Below are positions 45,201-51,967 of a stretch of DNA of 54,904 bases, piece by piece. The position numbers and the translations under genes are program-made. Source of the DNA: a virus (Duplodnaviria; Caudoviricetes); the IMG/VR virus record IMGVR_UViG_3300033273_000309, positions 1 to 54,904 of that record; one strand, given 5' to 3'. Positions within the stretch are counted from its first letter, which is position 1. Every line of letters begins with the position of its first letter. A model generated the notes under the pieces. It saw only the letters and a list, made by a program, of their open reading frames with translations. It was not told the origin of the DNA and searched no databases.

Positions 45201-47682
45201 CGATGCAGACGTTGGCGGACGTTCTGGTGGTGCTGCGTTCACTGTTCAGGTTGGTAGCGATGTCGAAACCAGACTCTACCTCAAACTAACCAACTTCAAT
45301 AAGTTCGTTGGAAGTAGTGTTCTTTCTGACTACATTGCAGATGGAAACGCTATTGGACTTTCTACCACACTTGACCTTGATTACAATATTACTGATATTG
45401 ATCCAACTTCTCAAGAGACTGGTGGAGATATCGACTTCTCAAATGATAGAATTATTGTTGGAGTTGGCCACTCTTTACAAGACGGTGACGTTGTTAAGTA
45501 CACTACAAACCTCGGAACAAATATCGCGGGCATTGTTGATCAAAACTCCTACTATGTTAAGAGAGTTGGTTTATCATCTGTCGAACTTCACACCAATTAC
45601 TTACTATCAGACAGACAGGATCTAACTGGTAGTGGAATTGGAACACACTCACTTCTCAGAATCGGTATTTCTACCGCAGAAGATAGAATTCACTTCATCA
45701 ATCACGGATATTCCGCAGGAACAGCTGTAAGGGTTACTGGAAATACTCCAATCGGAGTTAATACAAACGCATTCTACTATCTTGGTTCAATCACCGTTAA
45801 CGGATTTACACTTCATACGACACAGGCGGATGCTCAGTCATCTGTTGGTGGTGTATCATTCAACCCAGTTGCAATTGGCGCAAGTGGAGCGGGTACAATC
45901 ACATTTACAGAACAGAATGTAAGATACTCTGATACTGTTAATACTTCATCGACAGATGCAGATAACTGGTCACTACTCGCACAACAGGATATTGACGCTG
46001 CAAACATCATCAGCGGCACTATCTCACCTTCCAGATTGGGTAACGGTGCTGCGAACTCCGACACATTCCTAAACGGTAATTCTTCTTACCAGAAGGTAGT
46101 TACCAGTGTTGGAATCGGTTCAACACAACCATTCGGAATTACCGCATCCAGCGCGGATTATGGAGTAGGATTCAGCACATTCTACGGTCAAATCAACCTA
46201 ACTGCAAATAGAGTTCAGTCAACTCTTGATCTCTATTCAACCACTGGTGTTGCGAAATTCAAGTCATCAACTTTCTCTATCGGTACAGATGGTGAAGTAC
46301 AAATTAAGAATTCTGCAACTGGTGACGTTGACGCAGCTCAACTTGGTGGTCAAACTGGTGCTTACTACTTGTCACTATCTAATGCAACTGGTGTTCTACC
46401 AATTAGTAAGGGTGGTACAGGTAACACGGGCGCGCCCGCGAACGGCGCACTCCTAGTTGGTAATGGATCCGCCTATAACTTGACTTCCTCACCATCCCTT
46501 GAGGGAACCTACTACTTCCGTAGAAACAATGGTAGTTACGTAGGTAACACAAGTAACTACGCACTTCAGGCGTACTCAACTGGCAACAACGCCGCGGGTA
46601 TGTCCTTCCACAAGGGTGGTTACTATGCAGTCAATATGGGTCTGGATACTGACAACGTATTCAGAATTGGTGGTTGGTCTGCTTCCTCGAATAGATGGGA
46701 ACTGACGATGGGTGGTGACACCTACCAAGCAGGTAACGTCTACGCATACAGATTCTATGATCGTAACAACACTGGTTACTACATGGATCCTGCAGGCACA
46801 TCCAACACAAACTCGATACAGATCAATGAGAGATGTTGGGTTGGTTACATTGACTTCAAGGGAACTGGTGGCAACAGTGGATACAGCACAAGAGCTTACT
46901 CAATCTACCAAGAGGGTGGTGGATGGAGTTATCCATATCCTGACCTAAGAATTGCATATCACACTGGTATTAAACTCGGTGCAAACGCTGGTTCTTACGA
47001 AGGAACTAGGGTATATACCGACTACAACATGTCTGATCTTGTAGTTCAACTCGCAGGTCCATCCAACTATACCTTCAGGAAGAAGTGGTTTAGGGTTGAT
47101 AACTCCACTGGTATGTACTCAGATACCAATAGCGCTCATATCTATCCAAACCCAAATAGATATGGTTCCTGGAGAATTGATGGTAACAGAAATGGCTGGT
47201 GGGGCTTAGGCTTCGAACAGCAGAACATGCAACTGATGATGAACTACAACTCTTGTGGCATCCACAGAGGTGACTACGGTTGGCAGTTCCACGCTCACAA
47301 CGGTAGAATGTATGTCTATGGCAACTACCACTCTGGTTGGTCTGATGAAAGACTCAAGGAAAATATCCGTGACTTCACGGGCGAAGAGGCGATCGAGAAG
47401 ATTTCTCAACTCAGAACGAGAATCTTCAACTGGAACGCCAAGGCGAAAGAAATTTATGAAGATGTCAATCCAAATGAAGAGGTCGGATTCGTCGCTCAGG
47501 AGATGCAGGAAGTTCTTCCAGATCTCGTTGTTTACAACAAGTCCAAGAGAAAGGCTGATGATGAAGAATACCTGACAATCACCTGGGATAGACTGATTCC
47601 TTACGCTATTGGTTCTATAAATAACTTGAGAGAAAGAGTTGAATCTCTAGAAGAAAAAGTTTCCAAATTGATAGGAGAGTAA
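39253..47682 (+). CDS. Long tail fibre / receptor-binding protein (2809 aa) with C-terminal S74 intramolecular chaperone
   Basis: N-terminal QIRRGTTAQH..FTGAEGELT..TD (Mtd_N-like anchor); beta-helix-like YVS...G.D.NDG...KTI..; C-terminal SD.RLKENI...GF.AQE...V.P.LV plus coiled coil (peptidase S74, from 47341). Confidence 0.88.
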   Translation: MTKQVQIRRGTTAQHAVFTGAEGELTFNTDTHSVVAHNGITTGGYELARVDFGNVPDAKFGGIFEVVGVNTLAVGNSLTEWDVKVGHGDTTLIVNGSQLVTGIMTVGGPVTIEKESTIIGGVDFAGIRTETTEADPLGNWHVSVGKGNTAFVVDQDAYIGGIATVTETRGTEATFNKLTVTSFGTTTFTLETTLTADLGIGTNFIGLAYTDGVQVGDYVSIGTAFNDVQIVGFGSLTIPAQNLTYLHTSISTTISAGSTIIGLSTQITEGGTAVSVGNSISLTGYGITNVSITGVGLTITGEEYNEQILTTEVKEAVGSGSTIVPLLGTGGISIGNSFTSGSAVNLPIVGLGTTSIAPYNSGVTTSTAVSLELGIGATVVYVDSTALIAIGNSATITQVGTQYFVDVPITGVGNTFFTIPTGSESIGTVVVPAGSVVAISTILTGAEAVILGTNVGTALTTGAPVSISTVTADTWDAVSIGAGDTIGVGITIGTLVAISTYTTVGTAVTIGIGSTSSSAVAVGDTGVTIRRYADVGTTLNIDVLNTKSLDIVGIMTLNGLTFPTDDGKKGQVLTTDGEGNIGFSTGSGAGGSQVLVYVSQATGDDLNDGRTLPVKTIKRGAQIASFLGYFYNTGSTILVESGDYIEENPIILYDNVNIIADSLRNVVVRPKFAAGDLFKVRNGCYVTGLTLTDLLDEDSRAPQHTFGYSVSFDEPFNNAIDRTGYAATGVSGITSVLYEHTSGITTIITDRDHELYPGNTVRLSGLAFTCGYDEAGITTFKYDHLSGVATITSYTNRNYAVGNKVYLHNLPFSCSEEHAGITTTIFPDGTSQYGYVFEIVGINSAEKTFAINAGISTIPHVYEGWGRNFVTGCEYTNTTGICTVTVNTGVSTEHGWHENDMISLEGLNFSCVGYTANAQVNISNVVYNEVVGLVTVTTSAAHNAKVGGEVKLGDIEFTCSGYTQNAQVNITAIDYNEAAGICTITTDADHGGTIGKEVTLAGIEFSCSSEHAGVTSTTFPYEGSSPNTVGGRYDRFIISGINSATQFEINAGITTIAHTYVSGGTAQTGITSTTFPYPGSSAFAVGSSYDRFVVTKVNSSTEFEFHAGISTIAHTYASGGYAQAGITTTVFPDGTAGRGGGNETGLSADGFSYKITGVTTNTFTFNAGISTIAQTYISGGTAGIIPTVQKVNTYPEENSDGRIDFGVFKAENTNELTIRAGISTVKHYYTQGGDLVLSKPLINKSPYIQNCSILSSLGGNGILVDGDKVLSPNIPPVQGIAENPPVGDTPEFGKSMVAATFTMISFDGIGWRVINDGYSQVVSCFQIFCRYGSLAQSGGYLSITNSATNFGDIALRATGFSPKAFAFDKGRVAATGTSGGLQTLKCVGFGRSDQDLYVLRFLNDDFEDKTSTFKPIVQEATVNPSVGINTDTDLITVTGHPFQEGDSVVYLGNEQVEPPVVINGLVSGNIYYVQYIDSNTFRLYEDESQRKPIDIKDPLPVGINTFQKNNQEFIVDQIISNHNVYQELTFVGASTAFFQSGSLVTQNVSGGQATGYALTYHASQQKLVVSVEEVGGARYMFDEGAGVGGLGGNITDNTGNVSFAVTAIAGVTTYRTIEFKVDSTVPGNVIQGIGSLPVTYRCHLHRPSIVNSSAHTWEYSGSGTDYNALPQNGGKGDGTTEQVSELGGRVYASGTNELGDFKIGTQITAVNRTGNIFFNNKVSIGELDSIKLSLSGGVSVEEFSTDTNLGEGELGGPLNKRVSTQLAVRSFLANRLGTFIDKTVSQNAIPNAVVQLNSSGQINADLIPPKIVNYTRTLVGNGKTVLANQIPPIRINQGDTVVEPENSFVLVNDTVSQYLILDSNTTDYNFNNGDEVVSALASSAIGIVTTPPNGVGVGTTVKHYTGYGQTGLVKGVLNTVTIQNAGSGYSNAGIYSGVPLVASSGVGVGASAIITVSASGTVIDVDVLTGGKAYEGGDILTASDADVGGRSGGAAFTVQVGSDVETRLYLKLTNFNKFVGSSVLSDYIADGNAIGLSTTLDLDYNITDIDPTSQETGGDIDFSNDRIIVGVGHSLQDGDVVKYTTNLGTNIAGIVDQNSYYVKRVGLSSVELHTNYLLSDRQDLTGSGIGTHSLLRIGISTAEDRIHFINHGYSAGTAVRVTGNTPIGVNTNAFYYLGSITVNGFTLHTTQADAQSSVGGVSFNPVAIGASGAGTITFTEQNVRYSDTVNTSSTDADNWSLLAQQDIDAANIISGTISPSRLGNGAANSDTFLNGNSSYQKVVTSVGIGSTQPFGITASSADYGVGFSTFYGQINLTANRVQSTLDLYSTTGVAKFKSSTFSIGTDGEVQIKNSATGDVDAAQLGGQTGAYYLSLSNATGVLPISKGGTGNTGAPANGALLVGNGSAYNLTSSPSLEGTYYFRRNNGSYVGNTSNYALQAYSTGNNAAGMSFHKGGYYAVNMGLDTDNVFRIGGWSASSNRWELTMGGDTYQAGNVYAYRFYDRNNTGYYMDPAGTSNTNSIQINERCWVGYIDFKGTGGNSGYSTRAYSIYQEGGGWSYPYPDLRIAYHTGIKLGANAGSYEGTRVYTDYNMSDLVVQLAGPSNYTFRKKWFRVDNSTGMYSDTNSAHIYPNPNRYGSWRIDGNRNGWWGLGFEQQNMQLMMNYNSCGIHRGDYGWQFHAHNGRMYVYGNYHSGWSDERLKENIRDFTGEEAIEKISQLRTRIFNWNAKAKEIYEDVNPNEEVGFVAQEMQEVLPDLVVYNKSKRKADDEEYLTITWDRLIPYAIGSINNLRERVESLEEKVSKLIGE
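47616..47623 (+). promoter_or_regulatory. T4 late promoter TATAAATA (internal to the fibre 3' end)
   Basis: Exact consensus ~65 nt before the ATG at 47687. Confidence 0.55.
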
Positions 47683-47686
47683 ACAC

Positions 47687-48121
47687 ATGGCTTTAACAAT
47701 GCCGACTTATACGGATCCAAGAGGATATGAATGGGAAAACCCATACCTTGTAATTACTTCCGTTAAGGTCAGGAAAACACTAGTTCCAGTCACCCAGTTA
47801 GCTGACGGCCCCGATCCCGGACCCCTTCCACAACACTTGGGTGAATCTGGAAACTATGGATATATTACGGTTGACGTATATCGTTCAAAAGCGGATAGAG
47901 AAGTAGGAAAACTGCCTATTTCTCAAATCGCAGAAAGACCTGCTGATGCATGGAATGCTCCATGGCATGAAGTTGGAAATGAACAGTCAAGAAACCCAGA
48001 AACATATGTACCTATGATTTTCAAGGTTAGATATGTTGATGAGGGTAATTTGATTTCTGATGCATATACTCACCTAACAACCAATCACCCTTTCTTCCAG
48101 AATTGTACTTTTGTTGAATGA
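47687..48121 (+). CDS. Hypothetical protein, possibly tail-fibre associated
   Basis: 144-aa ORF directly after the fibre gene, with SD AGGAG. Confidence 0.65.
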   Translation: MALTMPTYTDPRGYEWENPYLVITSVKVRKTLVPVTQLADGPDPGPLPQHLGESGNYGYITVDVYRSKADREVGKLPISQIAERPADAWNAPWHEVGNEQSRNPETYVPMIFKVRYVDEGNLISDAYTHLTTNHPFFQNCTFVE

Positions 48122-48140
48122 TATTATCTAGATATTAATT

Positions 48141-48175
48141 TATAAATACCTCTATAGGACTAGGGGTATTTTTTT
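48141..48175 (+). promoter_or_regulatory. Late promoter TATAAATA overlapping an RBS-sequestering/terminator hairpin
   Basis: TATAAATA at 48141-48148; stem AAATACCTCTA (48144-54) / TAGGGGTATTT (48161-71) followed by a T-run and the gp13 ATG. Confidence 0.7.
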
Positions 48176-49000
48176 ATGGCGCAGCCATCTAGTAGAGCGG
48201 AGTTGAAAGACTATTGCCTCAAACAGTTAGGAAAGCCCGTTTTAGAGATAAATGTAGACGACGATCAAATTGATAATTTGATGGATGATGCCATCCAATA
48301 TTTCCATGAACACCATTATGATGGTATTGATAGAGTTTTCCTAAAACATAAACTAACTCCAGCAACCAAAGATACTATCAGTCAGTTAGGAGTGTCTACA
48401 ACCACTTCAGCAACCGTCACTGGGGATGGATTGACTTCGATCAATTATGTTGAAGGAGTAAACTATCTACCACTTCCAGACTCAATCATTGGAGTCAATA
48501 ACGTATTAAAGATAAATTCGAGTACAGTATCTGACGGACTTTTCAATATTAAGTATCAGTTATTCTTGAATGATGTTTACTATTACGGTGCATTGGATCT
48601 TTTAAACTATGCGATGGTAAAGAGATATCTTGAAGATCTAGATTTCCTCTTAAATCCTAATGCACAGATTCGTTTCAACAAGAAGAATCACAAATTATAT
48701 CTTGATATTGACTGGAGTGAAGTTGGTGAAAATGAGTACATAATTGTAGATTGTTACAGACTTTTGGATGGTGCAGATGCTCCAAAACTTTACAATGACT
48801 CGTGGTTGAAAAAGTATTTAACCGCATTGATTAAAAAACAGTGGGGTCAGAATATGATCAAGTTCCAAGGAGTTCTTCTTCCTGGAGGAGTTCAACTTAA
48901 TGGTAGACAGATCTATGACGATGGTGTTCAGGAGGTAGAGAAACTAGAACAGAAACTCAGAACTGATTACGAATTACCACCAATGGATCTAATAGGTTGA
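48176..49000 (+). CDS. gp13: Neck protein gp13
   Basis: P.SR.ELKDYCL..LG.PV.EINVD.DQ...A.Q.F.E.H.DG; WLKKY.TAL.K.QWGQN..KF.GV.LPGGV.LNG. Confidence 0.95.
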   Translation: MAQPSSRAELKDYCLKQLGKPVLEINVDDDQIDNLMDDAIQYFHEHHYDGIDRVFLKHKLTPATKDTISQLGVSTTTSATVTGDGLTSINYVEGVNYLPLPDSIIGVNNVLKINSSTVSDGLFNIKYQLFLNDVYYYGALDLLNYAMVKRYLEDLDFLLNPNAQIRFNKKNHKLYLDIDWSEVGENEYIIVDCYRLLDGADAPKLYNDSWLKKYLTALIKKQWGQNMIKFQGVLLPGGVQLNGRQIYDDGVQEVEKLEQKLRTDYELPPMDLIG

Positions 49001-49001
49001 T

Positions 49002-50432
49002 ATGTCACCACTCAATTCCTACTTTTTACAAGGTTCTCCAAGTGAACAGAGGCTTGTTCAAGATTTAATCAATGAACAACTCAAGATGTATGGGCAAGAT
49101 GTCCTATACATGCCTAGAAGAATTGTTGGAGAAAATAGTGTTATTAAAGAGATAACTGCTTCAAAATTTGATGATAGTTATAGAATAGAAGCATACCTTA
49201 TGAACACTGATGGATTCAGTGGGAATGGGGAGTTGTTGACAAAATTTGGCATCAGAAATAACGATGAAATCAATCTTGTCATCTCGAAAGAAAGGTATGA
49301 TGATTTCATAATTCCTCTTCTAAAATTATGGCCTGAAGGGGATAGAAAAGATGCAGCCAGACCGCAAGAAGGGGATTTGATTTGGTTCCCTCTAGATGAA
49401 TCTTTATTTGAAATTAAGTATGTAGAAGGTAAAAAACCATTCTATCAACTACAACAACTTTACGTTTATGAACTTAGATGTGAAAGATTTGAATATGAGG
49501 ATGAGATTATTGATGTACCTAATGTTGATGAGAGTGGTATAGAAATTAATGAATCCATCAAAGAAGTTGGAAACATCTATAACATTCAAATGGTTGGAAG
49601 TGCAGCAACTACCGCTGCTGCAACAGTTGGATATGCATCAACTGATCCAAATTCCAAGTCTGTACAATATATTGATCTATTAAATGATGGATTTGGATAT
49701 GATTTTGCGCCAACTGTTTCAATTTCTACTGCACCAAGTGGCGGGTCTAATGCGACTGCTGTTGCAATCATGACAAGTAGATCAGCCAATCAAAAGTCGT
49801 CTATTGATAGGGTATTAATTACAAATCCAGGATTTGGTTATACAGTACCACCGACAGTTACATTTACTGGTGGTGGAGGTTCTGGTGGAATCGCAACTGC
49901 TGTTATAAACACTGGTGTACTTGGAGTTATTGGAATTACTACTGGTGGTGTTGGATATACAACCACTCCAAAGGTATACATCGATAAAATATTCATTCCA
50001 TCCAGTGTCGGAGTTTCCTCCAATATTAACAATGCACAAGCAGAGGCAGTTCTCAATACGGATGGAGTTGTTGTTGAAATTCGTTATTCAAATGCTGGAG
50101 CTGGATACACATTTACTCCAGGAATAACTCTTACAAATCCAACATCGCCAACCTTTGGAGATTATGAATATAACGAGGTTGTAACTGGCAGCAGAACAGG
50201 TACTACTGGTTATGTTAAAGAATGGGATTACACAAATAGAGTTCTGAAACTTGCGGTTGTGGATGGAACATTTGCGAAGGGTGAAGCTATTGTGGGTGCT
50301 GCTGCAAGTTATAAAGTTTCAACAGTACAGACAAACCAATTCTTGGATGAATATGCAAGTAATGATGATATTGAGTCTGAAGCAGATTCATTCCTTGACT
50401 TCAGCCAAGGTAACCCATTCGGCGAATACTAA
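49002..50432 (+). CDS. gp14: Neck protein gp14 (with Gly-rich insertion)
   Basis: EQ.LVQDLI.EQ..MYG.DV.Y.PR; KFGI; RPQEGDLI.FP....LFEIK.VE...PFYQL; C-terminal DFS..NPFG. Confidence 0.93.
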   Translation: MSPLNSYFLQGSPSEQRLVQDLINEQLKMYGQDVLYMPRRIVGENSVIKEITASKFDDSYRIEAYLMNTDGFSGNGELLTKFGIRNNDEINLVISKERYDDFIIPLLKLWPEGDRKDAARPQEGDLIWFPLDESLFEIKYVEGKKPFYQLQQLYVYELRCERFEYEDEIIDVPNVDESGIEINESIKEVGNIYNIQMVGSAATTAAATVGYASTDPNSKSVQYIDLLNDGFGYDFAPTVSISTAPSGGSNATAVAIMTSRSANQKSSIDRVLITNPGFGYTVPPTVTFTGGGGSGGIATAVINTGVLGVIGITTGGVGYTTTPKVYIDKIFIPSSVGVSSNINNAQAEAVLNTDGVVVEIRYSNAGAGYTFTPGITLTNPTSPTFGDYEYNEVVTGSRTGTTGYVKEWDYTNRVLKLAVVDGTFAKGEAIVGAAASYKVSTVQTNQFLDEYASNDDIESEADSFLDFSQGNPFGEY

Positions 50433-50435
50433 ATA
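50428..50435 (+). promoter_or_regulatory. Late promoter variant (ACTAAATA)
   Basis: At the gp14 stop, upstream of gp15. Confidence 0.5.
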
Positions 50436-50464
50436 ATTAAATAAGGCACAAATGGTGTATTGTA

Positions 50465-51514
50465 ATGTTATCTAATTATTTTTACCACGAGATTTTGAGG
50501 AAGACTATCATATCTTTTGGTACTCTTTTTAATGATATTCAAATAAAACACAAAGATAAGTCGGGTGGTGATTTTAGTATTATTGCTGTTCCTATTGCTT
50601 ATGGTCCTATTCAAAAGTTCTTAGCAAGAATTGAACAGTCTCCAAATATCAGAAAGGAAGTTGCAATAACTCTTCCTAGAATGTCTTTTGAAATGACAGG
50701 TATTTCTTATGATCCTGGTAGAAAAAGTTCTACCATGCAAACTTTTAAGTCATTAGATAAAGATAAAAATGAAATGACGAAGGTTTTCATGCCCGTCCCA
50801 TATAATGTCAATTTTAAACTTTCTATAATGTCAAAGTTGAATGAAGATGCTTTGCAGGTTATAGAACAGATTCTTCCATATTTCCAACCACATTTTAATC
50901 TAACAGTAGATTTAGTATCATCTATTGGAGAAAAAAGGGATATTCCAATGATATTGAATAATATATCAATGGATGATCAATATGAAGGAGATTTCACATC
51001 AAGAAGAGTTTTAATTTACAGTTTAGATTTTACAGCTAAAACATATCTATTTGGACCTGTTGGAAGTCCAAACGAGGCTCTTATCAAACAGGTACAAGTG
51101 GATCACTATACTGACACTAATAGAGTAAGTGCTTCCAGACAACTTAGATATGTTGTTGAACCTAGAGCAATTCAAGATTATGATAATGACGCAACTACTC
51201 AGTTGTCAGAAGACATCACTTCAGAAACAACTCAATTTGATGTTGTAGATGCAACACCACTATTAGAAAAGTCATATATTGCTATTGGTGAGGAATCAAT
51301 TTATATTCGTAAGATTTCTGGAAATACTCTAACTGTAAATAGAGCTCAAGATAGAACTATTGCAGGTCAGTATATATCTGGAACTGCGGTTAACGTAGTT
51401 AATAGTAATGATGATGCTCTAATTGATCTTGACGATGACTTCGGATTCAGTGAATATCGTTATGATTACGGTGATGGAAAAGTTTATAGTACCACTAAAG
51501 GAACGGATATATGA
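50465..51514 (+). CDS. gp15: Tail sheath stabilizer / completion protein gp15
   Basis: YFYHEI.RK.I..FGTLFN.I; VPIAYGP.QKFLAR; LPRMSFE; PVPYN; QI.EQILP.FQP; L.FTAK.YLFGP. Confidence 0.95.
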   Translation: MLSNYFYHEILRKTIISFGTLFNDIQIKHKDKSGGDFSIIAVPIAYGPIQKFLARIEQSPNIRKEVAITLPRMSFEMTGISYDPGRKSSTMQTFKSLDKDKNEMTKVFMPVPYNVNFKLSIMSKLNEDALQVIEQILPYFQPHFNLTVDLVSSIGEKRDIPMILNNISMDDQYEGDFTSRRVLIYSLDFTAKTYLFGPVGSPNEALIKQVQVDHYTDTNRVSASRQLRYVVEPRAIQDYDNDATTQLSEDITSETTQFDVVDATPLLEKSYIAIGEESIYIRKISGNTLTVNRAQDRTIAGQYISGTAVNVVNSNDDALIDLDDDFGFSEYRYDYGDGKVYSTTKGTDI

Positions 51515-51942
51515 GTTTCGAAGATATTGATAAGTCATTAGATATTGAGAGCACTCCGATAAAATCGGAGATAGTTCAATCAAAAAAACCTGCAATAAAA
51601 AATACTCAGACTCCTGAAGAACAAATTCAGAAGGATTATGAGTATTCTCGTGGACAACTCTATTCTATTATTGAAAAGGGTCAAGAAGCTATTGATGGTA
51701 TTCTTGAACTTGCACAGGAATCGGATTCCCCTAGAGCATATGAAGTTGCAGGACAATTAATCAAAAACGTTGCAGATACTGCAGATAAGTTGATGGATCT
51801 ACAGAAGAAAGTTAAAGAAGTCAATAAAGAAGAAAAAGGTTCTACTCCCACTAATGTTACTAATAATGCAGTATTCTTAGGATCCACTGCAGAACTACAA
51901 AAGTTTCTTAAGGGATCGATGAAAGGGGATCTCCCTAAATAA
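51511..51942 (+). CDS. gp16: Terminase small subunit gp16
   Basis: DYEYSRG.LY..IEKG.EA.......A.ES..PRAYEV...LIK; NNA.F.GST.EL.K.L. Confidence 0.93.
   Translation: MSFEDIDKSLDIESTPIKSEIVQSKKPAIKNTQTPEEQIQKDYEYSRGQLYSIIEKGQEAIDGILELAQESDSPRAYEVAGQLIKNVADTADKLMDLQKKVKEVNKEEKGSTPTNVTNNAVFLGSTAELQKFLKGSMKGDLPK
51934..51941 (+). promoter_or_regulatory. Late promoter variant (CCTAAATA)
   Basis: Overlaps the gp16 stop, upstream of the ATG at 51968. Confidence 0.5.
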
Positions 51943-51967
51943 AATATAGGAAAATATCAGTATAAGA

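Noticed and set aside
39253-47682. Diversity-generating retroelement suggested by the Mtd_N-like start of the fibre
   Set aside because: No reverse transcriptase and no template/variable repeat pair with A-specific mismatches seen in the window.
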